Source: Nitrospiraceae bacterium (GTDB lineage Bacteria; Nitrospirota; Nitrospiria; Nitrospirales; Nitrospiraceae). Taken from it: DNA of 64,000 nucleotides. Location of the stretch: the NCBI GenBank assembly GCA_046351115.1, contig JAXLZB010000001.1, positions 2,990,570 to 3,054,569 of the forward strand. Direction: 5' to 3'. The notes beneath the pieces were generated by a model, which ran no database searches, was not told where the DNA came from, and saw only the letters and a program-made list of their open reading frames with translations. Position numbers and translations under genes: made by a program. This document shows positions 28,507 through 37,955 of the stretch, piece by piece (the stretch's first letter is position 1; each line of letters begins with the position of its first letter).

Positions 28507-29460
28507 ATGAGACTGATGCAGACACGCAACAAGCGTTTGGTGTTTGGCATTCTGCTCTCTGCCCTTATCGTCGGCGTTATGTTGACGATCGGGCAGGTGC
28601 CCCTCGCGGTCAGCCAACCGGTGACCATTCCCGCGAAGGCGATCAAGGGGCCTATCCCAATGGACGGTGCGAACCCCATTTGGGAAGGAGTGCCAGGGGT
28701 CATTATCCCGCTGAGCGGGCAGACCATCACCACGCCGATGCACCCGAATATTTCGGTGAAGTCGGTGTTCGTGAAGGCAATGACCAACGGGAAGGAGCTT
28801 GGGCTGCGCTTGGAGTGGAGCGACCAGACCAAGAATGACACGGCGATCGGACCGCAGGACTTCCGCGATCAGACCGCCATCATGTTCCCGGTGAACACCG
28901 CCGGGGCGCCGCCGTTCCAGTGTATGGGTCAGTCCGGTGGCACCGTCAATATTTGGCGGTGGAACGCGGAGTGGCAGAAGGACATCGGAAAGGACAGCGC
29001 AGGGTTGTGGGACGTGGACGACCAGTATCCTGGCATCTTCTGGGACTACTACTTCGAAGAGCCGGCCGGTGGGGTGACCTACCCGGATCGTATCGGTCGC
29101 AGCCTTGGCCCATTCAACTCCGGTATCTGGTCTGGCAACATCATGTCTGACCCGACGCTGCGGGTCAGCTCCGTCGAGGATCTGAGCGCCAATGGGTTCA
29201 GCACGTTGACCACGCAGGCCCATCAGGATGTGATCGGGAACGGCGTGTGGGAACCGTCAGGCTCCGTCAAGGGCGGTGGTTACACTGGCCCGACCTGGCG
29301 TGTGGTCATTAAGCGTTCGCTGGAGACCAGCGATGCGAACGACACCCAGTTCAAGGCGGGTATGTCTGTGCCCATCGCGTTCGCGGTGTGGGACGGCTCG
29401 AACATCGAACGGAACGGTATGAAGGCGCTCTCCACCTGGTTCACGCTGAAGTTGCCGTGA
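28507..29460 (+). CDS. NxrC-type haem-b subunit candidate (EB_dh domain), exported
   Basis: Signal peptide. LRLEWSDQTKND, NIWRWNAEWQKD, WRVVIKRSL, AFAVWDGSNIERNGMKALSTW. Confidence 0.8.
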   Translation: MRLMQTRNKRLVFGILLSALIVGVMLTIGQVPLAVSQPVTIPAKAIKGPIPMDGANPIWEGVPGVIIPLSGQTITTPMHPNISVKSVFVKAMTNGKELGLRLEWSDQTKNDTAIGPQDFRDQTAIMFPVNTAGAPPFQCMGQSGGTVNIWRWNAEWQKDIGKDSAGLWDVDDQYPGIFWDYYFEEPAGGVTYPDRIGRSLGPFNSGIWSGNIMSDPTLRVSSVEDLSANGFSTLTTQAHQDVIGNGVWEPSGSVKGGGYTGPTWRVVIKRSLETSDANDTQFKAGMSVPIAFAVWDGSNIERNGMKALSTWFTLKLP

Positions 29461-29528
29461 TCCAAGTGGCCTGAGTGAACTCAAGCCTCTCCCGGCGTCG
29501 GGTGAGGCAGCGTTCCTAGGTCGTAACT

Positions 29529-29575
29529 GAAGGCCCCGAATCAGTGTCCGCAAGGGCATGTGGTTCGGGGCCTTC
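29529..29575 (+). terminator. Hairpin after the NxrC-like gene
   Basis: gaaggccccgaa / ttcggggccttc 12-bp stem with a 23-nt loop, followed by gtgcatttt. Confidence 0.4.
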
Positions 29576-29735
29576 GTGCATTTTGAGCATGCAAGTGCAT
29601 TCGCTTGTGCACAGTCGAGGAGCGGAGCTTTTGGCGGTGCGCACGGTTGCATTTGAGCGGAGACGGAGTGTATAAACCGAGGTGGGGTAATGTCATCAAC
29701 ACACTGATTTTTCCATCACATATAAAGATATATTT

Positions 29736-31517
29736 ATGAAAGTGTCATTGCTGTTTCCTCCGACCTGGCACCCATCACAACCATATCTGAGTCTTCCTTC
29801 TCTCACCGGTTTTCTCGCTCAAGCAGGCGTCAAAAACGTCTCACAGCGTGACCTTGGCATTGAGCTGTTGGATAAGGTATTGACTCAGTCTTTTGCGGAA
29901 GGGATCTATCAGCAGCTTGTCGATAAACAGCAGGGTCTCGAGCGAACTCGGGCCGGTGAGACTGGGCCAGGCAGCGCCGAGCACCTCTCGCGGGTTGTTG
30001 AGTCCCTGGACCGGTTTCCCTACCTGCACGAACGCATCGAGCTGGCCAAAGAAACGTTGCGTGGGGAGGGGTTCTACGATATCGAGGCTTACCGCAACAG
30101 CCTGTTCTTGATCGATAAATGGCTCGAAGTGGTGTCGTCACTCTACTTTCCCACGCGTTTGACGGTGGTCGATAACCAATTCGGTGACTATTCGATTTAT
30201 TCATCCAAGGATTTGACCAAAGTCATTCGCGATGATACGCAGAACCCCTATATTGGATTGTTTCGGGAGTTGTTCCTGCCATCTATTCTGGCGGACCGCC
30301 CTGACCTCGTCGGCGTGTCGATTACGGCCACTTCGCAGATCATCCCTGGGCTGACCTTGTGTCGTTTGCTCAAGGAGGCCGCGCCGGATGTCCATATTAC
30401 GGTGGGCGGCAGCATCTTCACACGCCTGGTGGACAACTTGCGCCGATGCCAGTGGCTCTTCGACATTACGGATGATTTTGTAGTGTTCGAAGGCGAGACG
30501 GCTTTACTGGAACTCGTCAACCAAATGGAAGGGAAACGGGATTTCAGCAAGGTGCCGAATCTGATTTACCGCCAGAACGGCAAGATCACGGTCAACCAGC
30601 CCTTCTATTCTGAAAACATCAACCAGCTGACCGCGCCCAATTATGACGGGTTCCCGCTCGATCTGTACTTATCGCCGGAGCCCGTGCTACCCGTGCAATT
30701 TTCGCGTGGCTGTTACTACAAAGACTGCGCGTTCTGCGCGCTCACGCTGGATCATCAAAACTTCCGGCAGCGTGACCCCGGTAAGACGGTGGACGATTTG
30801 GAATGGCTTAAGGCACGTTATGGCGCCGAGTTCTTTTTCTTTACCGACGAATGCTTCGCGTTGTCGCCGACCAAGCGCCTCTGTCAGCAGATGATCGATC
30901 GACAATTGAACGTGAAGTGGACGTGCGAGCTGCGTTTTGAAAAGAACTTGAGCCGCGAACTCCTGACGCAAATGCGCGATGCCGGTTGTTTGAAGATCGT
31001 CTTTGGTCTGGAATCCTTCAACCAGCGGGTAATGGATTTCATGAAGAAGGGGATCAAGCAGGAGTGGGTCCGCCGAATCGCTGACGACTGTGTGGATCTC
31101 GGCATCGCCATGCACTGCTATGTGATCGTCGGGTTCCCGACCGAGAAGGAAGAGGAAGCGCTGGAGACGATGAACTTTATCGTCGAGAACAAGAAGCTGA
31201 ACGAGTCCTATGGCTTTTCCTGCCAGCCCTGCTTGTTCGATTTGGAGAAAGAAGCGCCGATCATGAACGATCCGGGCAGCTATGGCATCCGGCGCATCAT
31301 GCGGCCTTCGTCTGAAGACCTCAGTCTGGGGTTCTTCTACGAGGTGCAGGAAGGTATGACGCCGCCCCAGGCGGAACAGCTGTATCAGCACGTGTACGAG
31401 AAGATCAGCGAAGTCGTGTGCGAATTGCCCTTCAATTACTCGATGGCAGATGGGTTGCTGTACATTGCTCGGGAAAAATCACAAGCCGTGCGGGTGCCGC
31501 AACCTGCCGGATCGTAG
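29736..31517 (+). CDS. B12-binding-domain radical SAM protein (class B)
   Basis: N-terminal LLFPPTWHPSQPYLSLPSLTGFL (B12-domain type). Cys triad SRGCYYKDCAFC. No obvious SD before the ATG. Confidence 0.85.
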   Translation: MKVSLLFPPTWHPSQPYLSLPSLTGFLAQAGVKNVSQRDLGIELLDKVLTQSFAEGIYQQLVDKQQGLERTRAGETGPGSAEHLSRVVESLDRFPYLHERIELAKETLRGEGFYDIEAYRNSLFLIDKWLEVVSSLYFPTRLTVVDNQFGDYSIYSSKDLTKVIRDDTQNPYIGLFRELFLPSILADRPDLVGVSITATSQIIPGLTLCRLLKEAAPDVHITVGGSIFTRLVDNLRRCQWLFDITDDFVVFEGETALLELVNQMEGKRDFSKVPNLIYRQNGKITVNQPFYSENINQLTAPNYDGFPLDLYLSPEPVLPVQFSRGCYYKDCAFCALTLDHQNFRQRDPGKTVDDLEWLKARYGAEFFFFTDECFALSPTKRLCQQMIDRQLNVKWTCELRFEKNLSRELLTQMRDAGCLKIVFGLESFNQRVMDFMKKGIKQEWVRRIADDCVDLGIAMHCYVIVGFPTEKEEEALETMNFIVENKKLNESYGFSCQPCLFDLEKEAPIMNDPGSYGIRRIMRPSSEDLSLGFFYEVQEGMTPPQAEQLYQHVYEKISEVVCELPFNYSMADGLLYIAREKSQAVRVPQPAGS

Positions 31518-31530
31518 CCGACGACCGGCG

Positions 31531-31560
31531 TTGACCGGGATTTTTCTGCAGGGCTATAAT
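31531..31560 (+). promoter_or_regulatory. Candidate sigma-70 promoter (TTGACC-N18-TATAAT)
   Basis: -35 at 31531..31536 and an exact TATAAT at 31555..31560, 25 nt before ATG 31586. Confidence 0.45.
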
Positions 31561-31585
31561 CACCTTCCCCTTCAGGGAGCATCGA

Positions 31586-32707
31586 ATGTCCGCTGTTGCG
31601 ACGACAATCGAGCGTGCCACGGGCCGGGTCGAAGACCAGGGGTTGCTGTTCGAGTACACCATCAAGATGGTGCTGCTTGTCGGCTTTCTCGAACTGGTGC
31701 TCTACCGGCTGGTGTCGCGCTTGGGCATGCATATCAGTAAGATTGCCGCTCAACATGAGTGGGTCGGGACGACATTCCGTTGGCTGTCGTCGATCGGCTT
31801 CGTCTTGCTGAACGTGGTGGCGATCTTCGTGTTTCTTGCCTTGCTGGTGCTCCTGCTCAATCGGATTAAAGCCAAGGGCCTGAGCGGCTATAATGTGGTT
31901 ACTCTGCCCTGCGTCGGGCTGCTCTTGGTATTGACGGCGGCATTTCTCGTCGTCCCTCCGGGGATGTTGGGATCGATTGCCTACAACGTTGTCACCGTGA
32001 TCGCCCTGACCGCACTCATGCTGGAATATTGGTCGCTGCACCGCGACCGGCTCCAACGTATTCTGGCAGTCACGTACTATTTCGGCATCTCGGGATGGCT
32101 GTATTACCAAATCGTTTCCACCGCGTACGGCTGGATGGGAGCGTTGGCGGCTCCTCCGCTCGTCTACGAAGCGAACCGGATCGGTGAGGCCTTGATGGTC
32201 ATTGCCAGCATGCTGGTCTTCTGGGCTTACGGACGCGGCCTGTCGTTTCGGACCAGGAACCGCCAACAGCGCCGTCGGGCCGTCTGGTTCTGGTCCGTGG
32301 CGGGTGTGGTATTTTTCGGGCTGTTGTTCATGGATTATTTCCTCAGCATCTACAATCCCGTGCTGGCCACCTCGATGCGTAAGGCAGGCGAGGGGATCAG
32401 TTGGATTTTCCAGATGGGCATGGGCTACACATTCTATCTGCCCTTCGCGTTTTATGTGGCGGGTCTGCTGTGCTGGTCCTACACGGTCATCCGATTGGTG
32501 ACGATGGGACGTGTGGCCGGATATGGTCTCGGGCTCATGTTCATCGCGGGGTATGCCTTGTTGGTATCCAGTCTGACGCTGATGGTGATATTGGGTGTCA
32601 TGTTGCTCACGCTCGATCGTCCGAGGGGAGCCGTGGCCGAACAAGAGTCAGTGCCGAATGAGCCGCTGGTTGGAGCGCAAGAATCGCTCGCCGGGGGGCA
32701 GGTCTAG
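31586..32707 (+). CDS. Polytopic membrane protein of unknown function
   Basis: 373 aa with about 9-10 hydrophobic helices. RBS gggag. Confidence 0.7.
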   Translation: MSAVATTIERATGRVEDQGLLFEYTIKMVLLVGFLELVLYRLVSRLGMHISKIAAQHEWVGTTFRWLSSIGFVLLNVVAIFVFLALLVLLLNRIKAKGLSGYNVVTLPCVGLLLVLTAAFLVVPPGMLGSIAYNVVTVIALTALMLEYWSLHRDRLQRILAVTYYFGISGWLYYQIVSTAYGWMGALAAPPLVYEANRIGEALMVIASMLVFWAYGRGLSFRTRNRQQRRRAVWFWSVAGVVFFGLLFMDYFLSIYNPVLATSMRKAGEGISWIFQMGMGYTFYLPFAFYVAGLLCWSYTVIRLVTMGRVAGYGLGLMFIAGYALLVSSLTLMVILGVMLLTLDRPRGAVAEQESVPNEPLVGAQESLAGGQV

Positions 32708-32736
32708 TAGTCTAATTTCCTAGAGGATATGGTGTT

Positions 32737-33549
32737 ATGGACGAACAGAAACACACAGCCGGTGCAGAGCAGGGTAGTGCGGCGGTCGATCCTGGCGATC
32801 AGCCCTTGAGCCCCGACGAGGAAATTGCCGAGATTGAAAAAATGCTGGCAACCGAGCCGGATGATTTCCAGGCGCGGTGCCGGTTGGGCGAACTCTATTT
32901 CAGCAAGGGCCGATTGGATGATGCCCTGACTGAGGTCAAGAAGTCGATCGAAATGGCCGAGGGGCTCCGCACCGAAATGAACCGGTCGCTGGCCATGTAT
33001 TACTCCAACCTCGGTACCATCTACGCCACCAAGGGTATGATGGAAGAGGCGGAAACCGAATTCAAACACGCGTTGGAGGTGCACGCATACGACGTGCTCG
33101 CGCTCTTCAATCTGGGGCGCGTCCAGGCGGACAAGAAGAAATTCATGGACGCCAAAGGGTATTATGAACGGTTAGTCGAGATCACGCCGGACGATCCCAT
33201 CGCGTGGTACAACCTGGCCGGCGTCTACGTCGAACTCGACAACCCGCAGGTGTCCGATTACAACACGATGGATATGGCGATCCAGTGTTATCTTCGTGTC
33301 TTGGAACTGGATCCGAAACACTTGGAAGCAAGCTTCAAATTGATGGAAATTGCCCTCAACCACAAGAAGACCGATTTGGCCGTCAAGGTGATGGAAAGTG
33401 CGGTCGAGCACAGTCCGGATGAGCCGCTGGCGTATTACAATTTGATCAGCGTGTACGACAAGTGCAAGATGTTTGAACAGGCCGAACAAGCCCGTCAGCG
33501 TCTCAAAGAGCGGTTTGCCAAGAAGGCCAAAGAGGGTGCCACAACCTGA
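32737..33549 (+). CDS. TPR-repeat protein
   Basis: Repeated 34-aa TPR-like units (LGELYFSKGRLDDAL, LGTIYATKGMMEEAE, YNLAGVY, YNLISVYDKC). Confidence 0.8.
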   Translation: MDEQKHTAGAEQGSAAVDPGDQPLSPDEEIAEIEKMLATEPDDFQARCRLGELYFSKGRLDDALTEVKKSIEMAEGLRTEMNRSLAMYYSNLGTIYATKGMMEEAETEFKHALEVHAYDVLALFNLGRVQADKKKFMDAKGYYERLVEITPDDPIAWYNLAGVYVELDNPQVSDYNTMDMAIQCYLRVLELDPKHLEASFKLMEIALNHKKTDLAVKVMESAVEHSPDEPLAYYNLISVYDKCKMFEQAEQARQRLKERFAKKAKEGATT

Positions 33550-33573
33550 ACTTGTGACCAAAGGAGACACACC

Positions 33574-33852
33574 ATGTTTGGGAGTCTGGGTTTTACAGAA
33601 TTGATCCTGATTCTGTTCATCGTGCTGATTATTTTCGGCGCGGGAAAATTGCCGCAATTAGGTGAGGGTCTCGGAAAAGCGATCAAGGGCTTCAAGAAGT
33701 CGGTGCACGAGGCGGACGCCATCGAAGCTGAGGCGCAGGCGCAGCAAGCGGCGACCCAGGCTCAGGCCATCCAAGCTCCGGCCCCGCAGATGCAGGTGCC
33801 CACGGTGGAGCAGCAACCGGCCGTCGCGGCTCCCCCGGCATCCCACGCTTAG
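33574..33852 (+). CDS. tatA: Twin-arginine translocase subunit TatA/E
   Basis: [42 protein letters not shown]. Low-complexity A/Q-rich tail. Confidence 0.9.
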   Translation: MFGSLGFTELILILFIVLIIFGAGKLPQLGEGLGKAIKGFKKSVHEADAIEAEAQAQQAATQAQAIQAPAPQMQVPTVEQQPAVAAPPASHA

Positions 33853-33899
33853 GTGCCGCGGTCGCTTCGTAAGCCACGCACGAATGGATTGACGAGAAT

Positions 33900-35150
33900 A
33901 TGGATACTGAACTGCAGTTGGCGTCCGGGTACATCGAGACCTTCGCTGGAAACGGCAAGGCCCGCAGCACAGGCGACGGCAAGCGCGCGGTGAAAGCGGG
34001 GATCCCGCTTCCTCACCATGTGGCTCTCGACCGGGAAGAGCGGTGGCTCTATTTTGCCGAATCCGGGTCGGACCGCATTCGACGGGTCAATCTAGCGGAA
34101 GGAACGGTCCACAACTTTGCCGGCATCGGCGAGACCTGCTACAGCGGAGACGAGGGGCCATGCGGCGAGGCTGGGCTGTATCTTCCCCTTGATGTCGCGT
34201 TCGACTCCCGGAACGACTTGTATATTTGTGATTCCGGCAGCAACCGAATCCGCAAGGTCGATCACGAGACCGGAATCATCACCACCGTCGTCGGGACCGG
34301 CGAGCACGGGTTCAACGGGGATGGTTTGGCGCTCGAGGTCAATCTCACGTGGCCGGCCGCGATCGCCTTCGATGCCGAAGACGTCATGTATATTGCCGAT
34401 ACGCAGGCGCACCGCATTCGTCGGTTCGATTCCCGAACCGGTCGGGTGGAGACCATCGCTGGAACCTGGACGTCGGAAGATGAGGCCCGCGAGCAGCCGC
34501 TTGTGGCGCGCAATCTCGTGGTGTTGTCCGGAGATGCGATCGGCATCGACTTCAGCGACGACAACGGCTGGCTCATGCCGGTTTGTTCGGACGGACTCGA
34601 CCTGTCGCTCTACCTGGACGACGGCCGGCCGGCCGTAGAGTCTCGCCTCTATGACCTGGTCGGGATTGCAGTGGACCGCGCGGGGGATGTGTATGTGGTC
34701 GACAAGGCCAGCAACCGCGTGCGGCGTATCGACCGGAATACCGGCATCATCACGACGCTGGCAGGGGTGTGTCGGTATGGGTTTGACGGCGATGGAAAGC
34801 CTGCGGCCAAGTCCATGCTGCATGCACCGGAAGCCATCGTATTCGACGACCACAATCATGCCTACGTGTCGGACACCGGAAACCATCGTGTGCGCAAGAT
34901 TGAAGCCGGCACGGGGCTGATCAGCACGGTTGCAGGTAACGGTGACAGTGGTTATGAAGACAAGAACATGGGCGGCTGCGGCGCCGCTCGGTTTGTGGCC
35001 AAAGATGCTGCTGGTGCGTTGAAGCACGGTGACGGCTTGCTGGCGGTTGAGGCGGTGGTCAATTCCCCCGTCGGACTGGCGATCGACCGGCAGGGTCAGC
35101 TGTATATTTGTGAGCGAGGGGAAAACAAGATTCGTCGGGTCAAGCTGTAA
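33900..35150 (+). CDS. NHL-repeat beta-propeller protein
   Basis: Repeated (D/E)SG(S/N)(N/H)R(I/V)R(K/R)(V/I) units. No signal peptide seen. Confidence 0.8.
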   Translation: MDTELQLASGYIETFAGNGKARSTGDGKRAVKAGIPLPHHVALDREERWLYFAESGSDRIRRVNLAEGTVHNFAGIGETCYSGDEGPCGEAGLYLPLDVAFDSRNDLYICDSGSNRIRKVDHETGIITTVVGTGEHGFNGDGLALEVNLTWPAAIAFDAEDVMYIADTQAHRIRRFDSRTGRVETIAGTWTSEDEAREQPLVARNLVVLSGDAIGIDFSDDNGWLMPVCSDGLDLSLYLDDGRPAVESRLYDLVGIAVDRAGDVYVVDKASNRVRRIDRNTGIITTLAGVCRYGFDGDGKPAAKSMLHAPEAIVFDDHNHAYVSDTGNHRVRKIEAGTGLISTVAGNGDSGYEDKNMGGCGAARFVAKDAAGALKHGDGLLAVEAVVNSPVGLAIDRQGQLYICERGENKIRRVKL

Positions 35151-35160
35151 GCGACCTGCG

Positions 35161-35191
35161 CCCGCCGATCCGGACATGCCGGATCGGCGGG
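35161..35191 (+). terminator. Strong GC hairpin after the NHL gene (13-bp perfect stem)
   Basis: cccgccgatccgg / ccggatcggcggg with a 5-nt loop. No U-tract. Confidence 0.45.
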
Positions 35192-35231
35192 GTCAACCTA
35201 CCTACCGCCGAAAGGCAGACGCGACCGAGGC

Positions 35232-36074
35232 ATGGGGCGAATGACATCGGTCCCAATTTCGCGAACACCTCTATTGGCATTGCTGGCTGGTCTCTTCGTG
35301 GTCGCCCTGTTGCTGGGAGGATTCGGTATTCCCATCGTCAGTTCCGAGGGCATGATCATCCGTGCACAAGCGGTTTCGGGAGATGTGCCGCTCGCTCCGG
35401 AAGATCCCGCCTGGCAGAAGATTCCTCCCATGACATTGCCCTTGAGCGGGCAAATCATCACCCGTCCGGTCTGGCCCGAACCTACTGCGCGCGCATTGAC
35501 CGTGCGGGCGGTTCATAATGGAACCGATATTGCGTTTTTGCTCGAGTGGCAGGACAACACCAAGAATGATCGACTGACTCCAGGAACGTTTCGCGACGGT
35601 GTTGCGATCGGGCTTCCCCTCGGTGACGCCCCGGCCTTCTTCTGCATGGGGCAGCTTGATCACTACATCAACATTTGGCACTGGAAGGCAGATTGGCAGA
35701 GTGACATCGACCGGCGCGCCGCGCGGACCACAGAAAAGGACAAGTCGGGAAGTGGTGAGCCTCGGCGTTTCGAAGTGATCCCCAGACGCGCCTCCTCCGT
35801 CGAGGACTTGATCGGAGGCGGTTTCAGTACCCTGACGACGAAGGAAAAGCAGGGTCGGGTTCAGGGTAAAGCTTACTGGAAGGATGGAACCTGGCACGTT
35901 GTGATGCGGCGCCCATTGTCTAGCGAAGAGCAGGACAACGAAGCCAAGTTGATCCCTGGGCGAATCCAGGCCGTCTCTTTCGCGGTATGGAACGGTGAGA
36001 ATAAGGAGCGCAACGGGCAGAAGGCCGTTGCTCCCTGGTTCCAGCTGTCGTTGGACCCAAGCGTGAAGAGTTAA
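35232..36074 (+). CDS. NxrC-type haem-b subunit candidate (EB_dh domain), second paralogue
   Basis: Signal/anchor. FLLEWQDNTKND, NIWHWKADWQSD, WHVVMRRPL, SFAVWNGENKERNGQKAVAPW. Confidence 0.8.
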   Translation: MGRMTSVPISRTPLLALLAGLFVVALLLGGFGIPIVSSEGMIIRAQAVSGDVPLAPEDPAWQKIPPMTLPLSGQIITRPVWPEPTARALTVRAVHNGTDIAFLLEWQDNTKNDRLTPGTFRDGVAIGLPLGDAPAFFCMGQLDHYINIWHWKADWQSDIDRRAARTTEKDKSGSGEPRRFEVIPRRASSVEDLIGGGFSTLTTKEKQGRVQGKAYWKDGTWHVVMRRPLSSEEQDNEAKLIPGRIQAVSFAVWNGENKERNGQKAVAPWFQLSLDPSVKS

Positions 36075-36102
36075 CCTAGCCCTGCTTGCAGGGTGGGAGG
36101 GA

Positions 36103-36573
36103 ATGATTTTCGACCGACGATGCCCGTTCACAGGAGCCCTTTCTCGCGGAAGGGCTTTTTTTGTGGGTATGATCATGCTGGCGGGCGTCTTTTGCGTCGC
36201 CGGGGCCGGATTGGCGGCCGACAACGGCCAGATGACGGCGGACGAAGCGGTGCAACTGGGTGAAGAATTCGGCATCGCGGTGGGGGAAGTCGACGAAGAA
36301 ATTCAACGGGAATTGAAACTCCAGCGTCCGGAAGGCGTAGCGGTGTTCGAAGTGATCGGCAATTCCCGGGCCGACTATGCCGGGATCAAGGTCCGTTCCG
36401 TCATCAAAGAAATCGATAAGAAGGAAGTGCGCAACCTGATCGATTTCGGCAAAGCCATCAAGGTCGCAATGAAGGAATGCAATTTCACGGTGGGCACCTA
36501 TGAACCGGCCGACCCCGGCGATCCAGTCGGGTGGGGCGTGAACTTTCATTTTGTCGGCTGCAAACGAGACTAA
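36103..36573 (+). CDS. Exported PDZ-domain protein
   Basis: Signal peptide (MIMLAGVFCVAGAGLAA), then a PDZ-like GVAVFEVIGNSRADYAGIKVRSVIKEIDKKEV. Confidence 0.65.
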   Translation: MIFDRRCPFTGALSRGRAFFVGMIMLAGVFCVAGAGLAADNGQMTADEAVQLGEEFGIAVGEVDEEIQRELKLQRPEGVAVFEVIGNSRADYAGIKVRSVIKEIDKKEVRNLIDFGKAIKVAMKECNFTVGTYEPADPGDPVGWGVNFHFVGCKRD

Positions 36574-36590
36574 GAGGAGCACCGGGTCGC

Positions 36591-37898
36591 GTGATACGTC
36601 CAGGCAAGGGTATTCAACGAGTGGCGATGGGTCTGCTGCTGCTGGGCCTGTCGGTGCTCAATATCACCTTCCATGAACGAGCGATCGCCCAGAAGACCGA
36701 TGGGCAGGCGCCTGCCGAGTGGGTCGACGAGATCGAGAAGATTTTTATCCGCTCTGAGGATTGCAAGCAGTGCCATGATCGACACTATGAAGAGTGGAAG
36801 GGGGTGCGCGAGCAGACGCCAGACTTGAAGACTTTCGGCCGGGTCGATGCGGCGCTGCTCCATGGCACATCCTTTGAGTCGCCGGTTTTCCGAACCGTCC
36901 TCGGTGTGTGGATGCAGACGAATCCGACATTGGACGAACGGCAGCGCTGTCTCTCCTGCCACGCGCCTGCGGTGACGGTGTTTCCGCAACATGCCGAAAA
37001 GATTGCAGCGCAGGTGCTCTCCGGCAAACCCCAAGTCGAGGGGATCGGCTGTGCCTCCTGTCACCTCATCAATGCCGTCGAGAAGACGCCGCTTCCTCCG
37101 CCGACCTTCAAGGTACAGCCGGGGTCGATGCTGTACGGACCCTATGCCGATCCTGAAGAAAATCTCGTACATCCGGCGTCGCAATCCGATCTGTTCCGCG
37201 GGGCGAATTTCTGTGCCTCTTGTCATTTCGACAAGGTGAAAGACGTGACGCAGAAGGACCTGCCGGGAGAAATTCTTCAGGGGACCATCTGTCAGGATTG
37301 TCACATGGAGCCGTCGACCGGCAGTTCCACCTCCAAACGTGGCGCGATGACGCGAGCCATCGGGCGTCACTGGTTCCGCGGGGTGGTGATTCCCGGGACG
37401 CTGCTCAAGAATAGAAACTTGCAAGCGGAATGGATGCCGCGTCTCGACATTGAAACAACGAAGTCGGCGTCCGCTGTTGAAGGCACCGTGTTGGTCAAGA
37501 TCGGCAGTCTGCCCCATAGCTTCCCCGACGGAGATCCGGTGCTCAAACAATTTTCCCTATCCATCAGCGTGAAAGATGCGGATGGGAATGTGTTGAGCGA
37601 AGAGGTGAAGCGGTTCGGCTTGCCGTACGACAAGATTCTGCGTGGGCCGATTCCCGACCCCTTTATCAAGGGCGGCAATACGAGGCGGGTGCCGTTCACG
37701 CAAACGTTGAAGCCCGGTGCGGCCCCGGCGACCATCGAAGTCGTCTTGAGCTATGCGCTGATTCCGGAGCCCGACGCGGCGTTGAAAGACAAGTATCTTG
37801 CGACGTTGGCCACGGAACAGGAGCGTGCCATGGCGAAGAAGGTAATCGAGGAATACGTGCAGCCTCGCGTGCTGACCTATCGCGCCAAGCCCTTGTGA
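36591..37898 (+). CDS. Pentahaem cytochrome c
   Basis: Five CxxCH motifs (CKQCH, CLSCH, CASCH, CASCH, CQDCH). Start is GTG 36591 or ATG 36627; the ORF-track start 36531 overlaps the PDZ gene. Confidence 0.8.
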   Translation: MIRPGKGIQRVAMGLLLLGLSVLNITFHERAIAQKTDGQAPAEWVDEIEKIFIRSEDCKQCHDRHYEEWKGVREQTPDLKTFGRVDAALLHGTSFESPVFRTVLGVWMQTNPTLDERQRCLSCHAPAVTVFPQHAEKIAAQVLSGKPQVEGIGCASCHLINAVEKTPLPPPTFKVQPGSMLYGPYADPEENLVHPASQSDLFRGANFCASCHFDKVKDVTQKDLPGEILQGTICQDCHMEPSTGSSTSKRGAMTRAIGRHWFRGVVIPGTLLKNRNLQAEWMPRLDIETTKSASAVEGTVLVKIGSLPHSFPDGDPVLKQFSLSISVKDADGNVLSEEVKRFGLPYDKILRGPIPDPFIKGGNTRRVPFTQTLKPGAAPATIEVVLSYALIPEPDAALKDKYLATLATEQERAMAKKVIEEYVQPRVLTYRAKPL

Positions 37899-37955
37899 GG
37901 TTGGCCTCGTTCTGCATGGTGGGTGAGATCTGCGGGGACAGGAGGAAAAGCGACG

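Noticed and set aside
29558-29656. 32-aa Cys-containing ORF (MWFGAFVHFEHASAFACAQSRSGAFGGAHGCI) upstream of the radical SAM gene, considered as a RiPP precursor
   Set aside because: It has no convincing SD and its start lies inside the loop and right arm of the hairpin after the NxrC-like gene. The enzyme is a B12 class-B type without a recognisable SPASM or RiPP-recognition context.
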